Positions 9,300 to 18,270 of a stretch of 64,000 nt of DNA are shown in pieces. Both the position numbers and the translations under genes were made by a program. The stretch is from Dehalococcoidia bacterium. GTDB lineage: Bacteria; Chloroflexota; Dehalococcoidia; Plut-88900. Below the pieces are notes generated by a model that worked only from the letters and a program-made list of their open reading frames with translations, was not told the DNA's origin and searched no databases. Each line of letters opens with the position of its first letter. Position 1 is the stretch's first letter. The stretch covers positions 1,600,001 through 1,664,000 of the forward strand of contig CBDBLV010000005.1 in NCBI GenBank assembly GCA_965207225.1. The letters are read 5' to 3'.

Positions 9300-10994
9300 C
9301 TAGCCGACCATATCGCGGCTGCGGAGGAGATGGCCGGGCAGTGCGCCCGTGCAGTCGTTCCCTTCGAAGGTGACCTGGCCGTTTACTATGGTGTAGCGGA
9401 GGCCGGTCGGTTTCTGGATAAGGCGGCGCTCGTCACCCGGGAAGTCGTGGGCAAAGATCACCTTGTCGTAGAGGAAGCCCAACTCCTCAAGGTTGTAGAC
9501 CATGATGTCGGCCCAGTTACCGACCTGAAGTGTGCCGCGGTCCTTGAAGTCTGCGAACCAGGCGGGCATGGTGCTCATCTTGTAGTGGGCCTGCTCCAGC
9601 GACATGATCTCCCTGTCTCTGATCCAGAACATGAGCCAGTAAACGGGCCACGTACTTCCGGTGGCAAACCTAGTGTGGGCACCACCATCGGAAACGGAGA
9701 TGTGACCGTAGGGGTCCTTGAACCGCCGGGCGGCCTTTTCTATGACGTCCTCGGAGCGCATGGTGGGGAGGGCGAAAACAGTTTCCAGGTCTTCGTCCAA
9801 GGCAAGATCGAGGAAGGCGTCGACGGGATGCTTGCCGGTCATTTCGGCGACCTCGCTGATGGTCCTGCCCTCGAACTGGACGTTGCGCTCGTGTTCCGTC
9901 TCCAACACCTTGACGATGTTCCAGGTGGTGCGGAAGTGGGGGATTTTCTCCACGTCGTCCTTCATAGCCTGGCGGGTCTCCGGGACTCTTAGCTTGGCGG
10001 CGCGTTCCTCGGGGCTGCCGACGAGGGGTTGCACCCAGTTGGGCATGTAGTCGTAGAGGTTGTACTCGGCGAGCTTGAACTCGCTGTCGAAGGGGGTGCA
10101 GACCAACTGGGTGACGAGGGGTAGGTTATCGGCTCGACAGGCCTTCAACCAGTCCCTGCCCTCGCCTAACTGCGCATCCAGCAGATGCAGGGGGCGACCG
10201 CTCCTTCTCATCAACTGTTCGCTCAGGTCACGGGCTCCGGTGCGTTCTTCCAGCGTGAGACCTGATCCAATGGTGACTCCGATATGACCCACTCCGAAGC
10301 CCCGCATGACGTCTGCCAGGGCGAGGAATTCTTCATCTGAGGCGACGACGGTCGGGAGGACGCTGCCGTCTTCGGCACGGTCTTCGAGGTTCTTGTCCAG
10401 GGCGAAGCCGAATGCGCCTGCCTGCATGGCTTCGTGGAAGATTTGCTTCATTTCGTTCAGTTCGGAGTCGGTGACGGATGTGCGTTCCCGTGCGGGATAC
10501 ATTCCCAGGACATATCCGCGCATGGGGGAGAAGGGAAACAGGGCCCCGACATTCAAACCGAGACCCTGTTTTTCAAGGCTGTCGAGATATTCCGGGAAGG
10601 TCTCCCAGTCCCAGCGCATTCCGAGGCGCATGGACTTGAGGGGTATGGCCTCGATGCGGTCCATCATGCGCATATTGAGGTCCCGGTCCTCGGGGCGGGT
10701 GGGGGCGAAGCCGAAGCCACACTGGCCGATGGTGAGGGAAGTTACGCCGAACCAGCCGGAAAGGGAGGCGTAGGGGTCCCAGTTGAGTTGTGCGTCGTAG
10801 TGGGTATGAAGGTCTATGGCCCCGGGGGCGACGTAGCAGCCCGAGGCGTCGATCTCTTTTGCGGCGCCGGCAGGGATGTTGCCGCTGATCATTGCGACCC
10901 GGCCGTCCTTCACGGCCACGTCTGCCCGGTGCCGGGGGACGCCCGTGCCGTCGATAACCGTGCCGCCCCTGATAACCAGGTCGTACTCTCTCAT
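9300..10994 (-). CDS. N-acyl-D-amino-acid deacylase family amidohydrolase
   Basis: YDLVIRGGTVIDGTG, PGAIDLHTHYDAQ, GQCGFG, SDGGAH; ATG with an AGAGGA RBS. Confidence 0.9.
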   Translation of the reverse strand: MREYDLVIRGGTVIDGTGVPRHRADVAVKDGRVAMISGNIPAGAAKEIDASGCYVAPGAIDLHTHYDAQLNWDPYASLSGWFGVTSLTIGQCGFGFAPTRPEDRDLNMRMMDRIEAIPLKSMRLGMRWDWETFPEYLDSLEKQGLGLNVGALFPFSPMRGYVLGMYPARERTSVTDSELNEMKQIFHEAMQAGAFGFALDKNLEDRAEDGSVLPTVVASDEEFLALADVMRGFGVGHIGVTIGSGLTLEERTGARDLSEQLMRRSGRPLHLLDAQLGEGRDWLKACRADNLPLVTQLVCTPFDSEFKLAEYNLYDYMPNWVQPLVGSPEERAAKLRVPETRQAMKDDVEKIPHFRTTWNIVKVLETEHERNVQFEGRTISEVAEMTGKHPVDAFLDLALDEDLETVFALPTMRSEDVIEKAARRFKDPYGHISVSDGGAHTRFATGSTWPVYWLMFWIRDREIMSLEQAHYKMSTMPAWFADFKDRGTLQVGNWADIMVYNLEELGFLYDKVIFAHDFPGDERRLIQKPTGLRYTIVNGQVTFEGNDCTGALPGHLLRSRDMVG

Positions 10995-11117
10995 GCCGTT
11001 CCTCTTATTACTTTCTTCTCGCAACGTTCCACTTCAATGCTGTGGGCAAGCTCATGTTAGCACATGCCGCGAATGAGCCGTGCGGAGCACCCCGCAAGCC
11101 GGGAGACCACCCGAGAC

Positions 11118-12194
11118 TTAGCCTCCCACATCCTCAAAAAACACCTCATCACAAGGCTCCCCCTCCTCCCTTAACGCCGCCTGCGACACCCTTATCCCCC
11201 GCCCGACAATCTTCGCCATCATCTCCACGAAGCCAAACATCGCATGGTGTATTTCGACCGGCGCTTTCTGTGCTTCAAATAATCGCCTGCGGGTTGTACG
11301 CAGGACGTATTTGTCCGGGGAGGGCGAAAATAGCTCGGACTCGTCTCCGGCCATGTCGGCTAGATGCTTCATGAACGTTGCCATAGACCTGGCGTTGGAG
11401 CCTTCTACATCCATTTCTGACAAGAGCTCCCGCCCGTACTGGATAGCGATGCCCTCGTATGACTTGCGGACGATCCGGGCAACGGTATCGAGGTCCAGGA
11501 TATCCAGCAGGGAGAGGACGGACTCCTCGACGTACCCCCGACCAAAATTCCTCTTCGACTTGGCTATCCGGTCCGGAGGCCAGACCTCTGGGTCCAGTTT
11601 CGGCGCAGTCTCCGGGTCAAACGGAGGCATCGTCTCCGAGGGATCGAACCTGAATCGCTCTTCGGGCGTGAGTTCATGGTCGTATTCCATGAAATAGCCT
11701 TCGGCGTATGGTTCACCGTCGGCAAACCCCCGACACAACACGAATCCAAGTTTCGGCTTGTTGAGCCGCACCCCGTTGTACGGGTGCCACCCCTCGAACG
11801 GCGCCCGACCCACGCTCGCCGGATTTGCAAGCCACCCCGTCCCGTCCGGAACGTAGGGCGAGTTGTATCGTATCCATGCCTTCTTCGGCGATTCCACCAC
11901 CATCTCTAGGTCAATCCCACCGAGCCCGTTGGAGAAGTAGTGGTACTTCGCGGCGACCACCGCAGGAGGTTCGGTGTCCGGGTCAATGCCCAGCTTCTTC
12001 AGCCCTTCGATGAAATGCCCTGACTGGTGTCGGTTGAGCATCTTGAAACGCCAATCGACGACGGTATCTTCGCCATGCCGGAAGAGTGTGACCACGGTCA
12101 TGCCTCCGACCCAGAGCCAGTAAAGATTGGAAATGAAGTCGCATTTACGCTGGAGCGACCACTGGTCGGGGGTGGGGGTGTTATCGAGTGACAT
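11118..12194 (-). CDS. Conserved-looking hypothetical protein
   Basis: 358-aa globular ORF within the operon, with RBS; motif AKYHYFSNGLGG...ESPKKAWIRY. Confidence 0.8.
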   Translation of the reverse strand: MSLDNTPTPDQWSLQRKCDFISNLYWLWVGGMTVVTLFRHGEDTVVDWRFKMLNRHQSGHFIEGLKKLGIDPDTEPPAVVAAKYHYFSNGLGGIDLEMVVESPKKAWIRYNSPYVPDGTGWLANPASVGRAPFEGWHPYNGVRLNKPKLGFVLCRGFADGEPYAEGYFMEYDHELTPEERFRFDPSETMPPFDPETAPKLDPEVWPPDRIAKSKRNFGRGYVEESVLSLLDILDLDTVARIVRKSYEGIAIQYGRELLSEMDVEGSNARSMATFMKHLADMAGDESELFSPSPDKYVLRTTRRRLFEAQKAPVEIHHAMFGFVEMMAKIVGRGIRVSQAALREEGEPCDEVFFEDVGG

Positions 12195-12242
12195 CTCTGT
12201 TCCTGCTTCTTCGCACGGACCACATATTTCCAGCTGAGACCA

Positions 12243-13550
12243 TCATACAGGCGGCCGGGTCACCATCAGCCCGGCTTCCTTTAGCCTGTCGATCTCTGCG
12301 TGCTTCATCCCCAGCAGCTCCCTCGCCACATATTCGTTGTGCTCACCGAGCATGGGGGCGGCCCTGTGCAGCACAACCGGAGTCTTCGACATCTGGAACG
12401 GAGCCCCGAGAAACTGCTGCGTCCCCGCTTTGGCATGGGGGACATCCCAGATGTAGCCCCGGTCCTTCAGGTGAGGGTCCTCCGCCACGTCCTGGTTGGT
12501 AAACACCGCTGCGGCGGCTATCCCCCTCGCCTGTAGCGAATGCATTACTTCCTTGTAGTCCTTGTCAGCCGTCCACCGCGAGATGTGGGAGTCCAGTTCG
12601 TCATAGTTGGCGCGTCGGCCTTCCTGGGTTGCGAACTTGTCTGAGCGTGCCCATTCAGGACCCCCGACCACCTCGCAAAACGACTCCCATTCCTCCTCAC
12701 CCTCCACCGAGATTGCCACCCACTTGTCCTCCCCCCGACACCTGTAACACCCGTAAGGAGCGAACTCTGAATGCCTGTTCCCGATTCTCTCAGGCTCTTC
12801 TCCGTTCATGCTGTAGGCCACGATGTGCTCCCCTATCAGCCCGATCATCGACTCGCTCTGCGCCAGGTCCACGTACTGCCCCCGACCTGTCCGACGCCTA
12901 TAGAACAAGGCAGTCAGAATGGCCTGGGCGGCGTGTACGCCCGCGCTCGGGTCTGCGTATGCTTCACCGTGCCGCAAGGGCCCCGACCCCTCGTAACCCA
13001 TTAGATTGGTGATGCCCGCGTTCGGCTCTATGTCGCTGCCGTAGCTCACGAAGTGGCCCTGTGGCCCGTAGGTCCCGAAGCCCGGCATCGACACCATGAT
13101 TATGCCCGGGTTCAGCTTCCTCAGCGACTCGTAGTCAAACCCGAAGTTCCTCATCACCCGTGCGCTGTAGTTCTCCAGCACCACGTCCGAAATCAGCACG
13201 AGGTTGCGGAATATCTCCTTGCATTCCTTGGCGGTCAGGTCGAGCGTGAGGCTCAATTTGTTGCGGTGATATTCGTTGAAGGCGCCATAGCGGTTGTAGG
13301 GTTCGTCTCCGGGGTCGTTGTCGGGATAGGCTGCATGGACGACGCGCATGTATTTCAGGGGTTGAGGTGGGTCGACACTCGCCAGCCCCCGACCCGTCGG
13401 CGCTTCGACCTTGATTACCTCGGCCCCGAAGTCGGCCAGGAACCTGCCCCCGATCGGCCCCGCCCAGCCCCGGGTCAGGTCCAGCGCCCGTATACCACTC
13501 AGCGCCGACTGTTTTGCTCCATTTCTAATGCGTGAAGCAGTTCGTTCCAT
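12243..13550 (-). CDS. Family III CoA-transferase, catalytic-type subunit
   Basis: LSGIRALDLTRGWAGP, HRNKLS, GEAYADPSAG, APMLGEHN. Confidence 0.92.
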   Translation of the reverse strand: MERTASRIRNGAKQSALSGIRALDLTRGWAGPIGGRFLADFGAEVIKVEAPTGRGLASVDPPQPLKYMRVVHAAYPDNDPGDEPYNRYGAFNEYHRNKLSLTLDLTAKECKEIFRNLVLISDVVLENYSARVMRNFGFDYESLRKLNPGIIMVSMPGFGTYGPQGHFVSYGSDIEPNAGITNLMGYEGSGPLRHGEAYADPSAGVHAAQAILTALFYRRRTGRGQYVDLAQSESMIGLIGEHIVAYSMNGEEPERIGNRHSEFAPYGCYRCRGEDKWVAISVEGEEEWESFCEVVGGPEWARSDKFATQEGRRANYDELDSHISRWTADKDYKEVMHSLQARGIAAAAVFTNQDVAEDPHLKDRGYIWDVPHAKAGTQQFLGAPFQMSKTPVVLHRAAPMLGEHNEYVARELLGMKHAEIDRLKEAGLMVTRPPV

Positions 13551-13566
13551 GCCATGCCATGCAGAC

Positions 13567-14841
13567 TTAGATTACCTTGGATGCTCCAAGCCGGGACATA
13601 TCGTCTAGGCTCATACCCAGGATATTGGTGTAAACGTCCTCGTTATGCTCCCCGAGCAGCGGCGCCCGGGCCAGTTGGTACGGCGTCTCGCTCATCTTGA
13701 ATGGTGCGCCGGGGTAGGTCTGCCGGCCGGCATACGGGTGCTCAACGTGCATCCAGAAGTCACGGGCAGAAAGCTGGGGATCGGTCATCAGCTGCCCGCA
13801 GTTATTGAATCTTCCGGACGGAATCCTCAACTCCTGCGCCCGACCTACTATCTCGTCAGCCGTATGCTCCATGAGCCACAGCAGCAATATCTCGTCGAAT
13901 TCATCGGCAAGGTTCCACCGATCGTGGCGGTCTGCATACCTGGGTTCGTCCAGCAGGTCGGGTCTTTCTATGAGGAGCATCAGGTTGTCGTACTGGTCAG
14001 GAGTCGCCACGCTGATCGACACGTAACCGTCCTTGCACGGGTAGAGTGACAGGGGATGAATCCCGACCGGGTGTCGGTTCCCTGCTCTTTCGTTAAGGAT
14101 CCCGACGTGAGTCCATACAACTATGGCGAATTCGTGGAAATAGGCCATGGTCTCCATCACGGAAACGTCGATGTACTGCCCCTCCCCCGTGCCCTCCCGC
14201 CAGAATAGCGCGGCGGCAATCGCATTGTAGGCGTGAATCGCTGCTTCGTACTCCGGGATGTGGCCGCTGCCGGTAAGCGGCTCCTTGTCGGGTTCTCCGT
14301 TCATGTACATCAGGCCCGTGACCGCATAGCTGATCATGGAGTTGGATTTGTAGTCCCGGTACGGCCCCGACTGCCCGAACCCCGTGATCGAACCCATGAC
14401 GAGGCCCGGGTTGGTCTCCTTGAGGCTTTCGTAGGACAGGCCCATTTCTGCCATGCAACCGGGCGGCAGGTCCTCCACCAGGACGTCGGCCTTCTCCACC
14501 AGCCTTTTGAATGTCTCCACCCCGGCTTTCGACTCCAGTTCAAGGGTGATGCTCTTTTTACCGGTGTTGAGGTAAAGGAAGGGTGCGCTGGTCTCCGGGT
14601 GGGGTGTGTCGTCGAGAAATGGCCCAGACCGCCGGAAGGCGTCTCCCTGCGTCGGAGGTTCGACTTTGACGACCTCCGCACCGAAGGCTGCCAGGTTCCT
14701 CGTGCAATAGGGAGCGGCCAGCCCCCGGCCAATTTCCAGCACCCTTATTCCTTCCAGGGCCTGGGGTATGGGTGCCTTCATTTCGCTCAACCGTTGCCTC
14801 ATCCCTGGAAAGCGACGGGGCCGGGCGTCCCATCGTGACAC
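13567..14841 (-). CDS. Family III CoA-transferase, subunit apparently lacking the catalytic Asp (start uncertain)
   Basis: LEGIRVLEIG, NTGKKSITL, GHIPEYEAA at the Asp position, APLLGEHN. Confidence 0.9.
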   Translation of the reverse strand: MSRWDARPRRFPGMRQRLSEMKAPIPQALEGIRVLEIGRGLAAPYCTRNLAAFGAEVVKVEPPTQGDAFRRSGPFLDDTPHPETSAPFLYLNTGKKSITLELESKAGVETFKRLVEKADVLVEDLPPGCMAEMGLSYESLKETNPGLVMGSITGFGQSGPYRDYKSNSMISYAVTGLMYMNGEPDKEPLTGSGHIPEYEAAIHAYNAIAAALFWREGTGEGQYIDVSVMETMAYFHEFAIVVWTHVGILNERAGNRHPVGIHPLSLYPCKDGYVSISVATPDQYDNLMLLIERPDLLDEPRYADRHDRWNLADEFDEILLLWLMEHTADEIVGRAQELRIPSGRFNNCGQLMTDPQLSARDFWMHVEHPYAGRQTYPGAPFKMSETPYQLARAPLLGEHNEDVYTNILGMSLDDMSRLGASKVI

Positions 14842-14897
14842 CCGACCCCACCGGTTCTTTCTATTACCTTGAGAGCAACTCTCTGCTGCTTGACCTG

Positions 14898-16307
14898 CTA
14901 TTCAGACTGCCAGGCTACGAAGCGCTCGATCTCCGCACCCTGGGCTCTGGCCTGCCATACTTCGTCCACGAGCCAGCCATATTGGGCGTTCTCGGGGGAG
15001 GTGGGCAAGAACTGGCGGTCGTCTTCGAATTCAGGGCCGTCAAGGAGCGCCCAGGAGTCCTGGTTGATGGGCGAATACTGGATCTCACCGGAAATTCGGA
15101 CGTTTATCTCCGGGAAGGAGAGCCAAGCCATCACAAGCTGGGTGAGTTCAAACGCCTCGGGGTCCGCCTGCTTCAAGCCACCGGGTATAACCTGCGCGAA
15201 GGTGGTCATCAGGTGGCCGGCTTCCCAGGACATCTGCAGGGGGTCGCCGTTCAGGATGGCGGCCCCGAAACGCCCGTTGCCGGTGAGGCACATGTCCACC
15301 TCTCCGATGATGAGGAACGTGGGACAGTCGGAGGATGACGCCGCCCAGACGTCGATGTGAGGCTTGATGGCATCCAGGTACATGTAGGCCTCATCGATCT
15401 GCTCTTGGCTCAGGGTTCCCTGCGTCGTACCGATGTGCTCGGGGTTTTCACTCCAGTAGGCCGCCGTCACATAGCGCAACCAAGTCCAGCCTCGGCTGTC
15501 CAGGGCCCGGACGCCGGGGAAGTTCTCCACGTCGAAGAAGTCCTTCATCGTTCTAGGCCGGGTCTCTTCCGTGTACGTGTTGGTGCTGTATGCCAGGGGC
15601 TCGGAGGCTATGCCGCCCACTCCGGCGAAGTAGGGGTGGTTCCTCAGAATTCCGGCAAAGTTACGATTATCCACGACGCTCTTGTCGAGAGGTTCTAGGA
15701 GCCCGATCTGGCCAAGTTCGGCGAAGACGGGCGTAGTCCCGAGGGCGAAGGTCCACTCGAAGTTCTGGGTCTCCGCAATCAGCCGCAGTTTCGTGTTCGG
15801 GTTGGCTGTGCCATCCGCAATGACTTCGATCCCGAACTGGTCGGCGATGGGGTCGAAGTAGGCCTTGTTCTCGCCAGCCGTGTAGGCACCGCCCCAGGTG
15901 CCGTAGCTTATCGTCGATCCCCGGAACTTCTCCAGCTCCGCTTCAATCTCTTCTCGGGTTGCCGGGTTGTCGACAGTCCACTCTGCCGGGGGCCTCAGCT
16001 GGGACACGGGCTCCGGCGTGGCAGTGGGCGGAGGCGGTACGGGAGTCGGGGGGACGGGGGTGGGAGGAATTGGGGTTGCCGTCGGCAGGGGGTCCTCACC
16101 TGCTGCAGGCCCTTGCGGGCCCTGGGGTCCGGCGGGTCCGGCGTCTCCGGTGGGGCCAGCGGGTCCGGCGGGGCCAGCGGGTCCGGCAGGACCGGCGGGG
16201 CCAGCAGGGCCTTCACACGCCGCGAGCACCAGCAGCAATGCCAGCATCACGCCGAGCATTCCAATGATAACGCGCCCCTTAGTCATCTTTCGTCCAATCC
16301 TGAGCAT
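14898..16307 (-). CDS. PotD/PotF-like ABC substrate-binding lipoprotein with collagen-like and Pro-rich stalk
   Basis: Lipobox LAAC, 12 Gly-X-Y triplets, PTPVPP linker, then TWGGAY...DFFDVENFPGVRAL...NGRF; GGGAGG RBS. Confidence 0.85.
   Translation of the reverse strand: MLRIGRKMTKGRVIIGMLGVMLALLLVLAACEGPAGPAGPAGPAGPAGPAGPTGDAGPAGPQGPQGPAAGEDPLPTATPIPPTPVPPTPVPPPPTATPEPVSQLRPPAEWTVDNPATREEIEAELEKFRGSTISYGTWGGAYTAGENKAYFDPIADQFGIEVIADGTANPNTKLRLIAETQNFEWTFALGTTPVFAELGQIGLLEPLDKSVVDNRNFAGILRNHPYFAGVGGIASEPLAYSTNTYTEETRPRTMKDFFDVENFPGVRALDSRGWTWLRYVTAAYWSENPEHIGTTQGTLSQEQIDEAYMYLDAIKPHIDVWAASSSDCPTFLIIGEVDMCLTGNGRFGAAILNGDPLQMSWEAGHLMTTFAQVIPGGLKQADPEAFELTQLVMAWLSFPEINVRISGEIQYSPINQDSWALLDGPEFEDDRQFLPTSPENAQYGWLVDEVWQARAQGAEIERFVAWQSE
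16104..16211 (-). repeat. Collagen-like (Gly-X-Y)12 coding repeat
   Basis: GPA x6, GPT, GDA, GPA, GPQ, GPQ, GPA read from the DNA. Confidence 0.95.
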
Positions 16308-16414
16308 AATCCCTCCCATATCATAAAGACCGGCTGTTCCCTGGGCACAAGTCGGCATTATGATGGGGCACAGGCCGAGGGGTCAAGCCTACACATCCGG
16401 CCGTATGCCTCCTC

Positions 16415-16800
16415 CCCCTTCTCCCCTGTCATTCCGATGCCCCGCGAGGAATCTGGGGCTGGCAGGGAGGCTGGTCCCCTCCCCTGGGCCGAGGGGCCGC
16501 TCGTGCTGAGGCTACTCGAAGTATGAGCGGAGGGGAGGCCCACGCCTTGCCAACCCGTCTCATTCCTCCATCACCAACCACCCCCTTCTCCCCTGTCATT
16601 CCGATGCCCCGCGAGGAATCTGGGGTTGGGAGGAGGCCGGTCCCATTTCCTGGGCCATGGGGCCGCTCGTGCTGAGGCCCTCGAAGTATGAGCGGGGGGT
16701 GGCCCACGCCTCTCCAAATAGTCACCTCAGTCTGCCATCCACCCACGCGCCTAACTGTCATTCCGATGCCCCGCGAGGAATCTAGGACTTGTCCACTCAC
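16415..16800. repeat. BIME-like mosaic of alternating palindromic repeats X (CTGTCATTCCGATGCCCCGCGAGGAATCT) and Y (GCCGCTCGTGCTGAGGCnnCTCGAAGTATGAGCGG)
   Basis: X identical at 16426, 16593 and 16755; Y near 16495 and 16661; unit period about 165 bp. Confidence 0.9.
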
Positions 16801-16816
16801 GCCTTTTACCTCCTCC

Positions 16817-16948
16817 CCCCTTCCTCTCCCCAGTACTGAACTAGAGGCAGAGGTTGGTGCTTTAGCGCCAACCTCGGCCTCTGTTATTCTCTCCCCCTCT
16901 CCCTTAAAGGCCCTAAGGGAGAGGGGGATAAAGGGGGTGAGGGTTCCC
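16817..16948 (+). repeat. Dispersed double-hairpin element Z (copy 1)
   Basis: CCCCAGTAyTGAACTAGAGG, an 18-bp hairpin, CCCCCTCTCCC..GGGAGAGGGGG, AAGGGGGTGAGGGTTCC; other copies at 17938, 18135, 54671 (reverse) and 35960 (reverse, partial). Confidence 0.9.
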
Positions 16949-16989
16949 CTGTGGGGCCGGGGGGCATCCTCTCCTCCCAAATGGGACAT

Positions 16990-17018
16990 TTGCACTACCT
17001 GAACCCCCGTGCTATACT
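16990..17018 (+). promoter_or_regulatory. Sigma70-type promoter (extended -10)
   Basis: TTGCAC-17-TATACT with TG two bases upstream of the -10. Confidence 0.6.
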
Positions 17019-17263
17019 ACACCCCAGGCCGCCGACCTCACACCTCGGCGCCCATCACAATGCAGGATCAAAGGAGTCCCATGAGCCGCATAAGCCTATA
17101 TAGGCCCCGTCTCAGCCGAGCGGTATCCCGCCGCCCGGCCACCGGCACGCGCCTCCTCCTAACTCCCTTTTCATTCCCCGTCCTGCACCCCAACACCCAC
17201 AACAAGCGCTGCCCAAAGGCCCAACGCCTGGGCCTTCGCAGCGATCAATCACCGCCCCGCCCT

Positions 17264-17722
17264 CAATACTGCCTGGTCCCCGTGACCGGCAACGGAAGGT
17301 TCCTTAACTCAAATCGGCTAGCTCTACTTCATGGCCAACACCGTAGAATCAGCGCCCCCGTTCCAGGTCGAATCTACGTAGCCGGCATCGACCTCGCCGG
17401 CGAATCGGAACAACCGGGAGACGTCCGTCTCCAGGGCTTTAAGCCCACCCAAGATTCCACCGTCGTAACTATCGGCGAACTCCAAATGCTTGATGACGGC
17501 CTCGGCTCCAGGCTCCCCGCCCTCTCTGTCGTCGAGCGCCATTGGTGGACGGGGAAGCCCCACACCGAGACCTTTTCGGGCCTTGTCCACCTTCTCAAAG
17601 ACGTTTGGGGCTGCCGCAGGGTGGTCGTCGACGCCATTGGCATTGGCGCAGACGTAGCCGCCTTCCTGCCTAAGACCATAGGACCTTCCATCGTCGTTCC
17701 CCTCACCTTCACCGCCCCGACC
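17264..17722 (+). pseudogene. Phage terminase large-subunit C-terminal (RNase H-like nuclease) fragment
   Basis: YVAGIDLAGE...DSTVVTI...RVVVDAIGIGADV...VPLTFT; no ATPase domain; truncated by repeats. Confidence 0.7.
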
Positions 17723-17937
17723 ATTTGCCCCCCCACCCCAATCGGGAATCCATCTCGAGGGGTGGAGCGGCCGGCCTCCGTAATGACTACCGGCGGGTCG
17801 CCCACCCCAGGGGAGGGGTCGCTCACCCTGAAGCCCCTCGAAGAGCCTGCCCCGATTCCCTCGAGGGGGTCGAGCGGGGTGGCCCACCCCCGACTGTCAA
17901 ATCTCGCCAGTCATCCCCGCCCACCCTATGCCGTCCT

Positions 17938-18262
17938 CCCTTCCCCTCTCCCCAGTATTGAACTAGAGGCCGAGGTTGGCGCTAGAGCGCCAACCTCGGC
18001 CTCTGTTATTCTCTCCCCCTCTCCTGTAGAGCCATCAAGGGAGAGGGGGACCAAGGGGGTGAGCGTTCCCTTCCTTCTTCTGAGACTGAGGCGCCCCTCT
18101 CTGTCGTCCCCGACTCCGGTCAAGAATCCCTCCTTTCCTCCCCCAGTATTGAAACTAGAGGGAGCAGTTGGCGCAGGCGCGCCAACTGCTCCCTCTGTTT
18201 TTCCTTCCCCCTCTCCCTTAAAGGCCCTAAGGGAGAGGGGGATAAAGGGGGAGAGGGTTCCT
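17938..18262 (+). repeat. Element Z, copies 2 and 3
   Basis: Same termini as copy 1 with covarying 18-bp stems. Confidence 0.9.
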
Positions 18263-18270
18263 TCCCCGCC

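Noticed and set aside
16426-16783. Three identical 29-bp repeats resembling a CRISPR array
   Set aside because: Spacers are about 135 bp and similar to each other (both contain Y), copies are dispersed elsewhere, and no cas genes are present.
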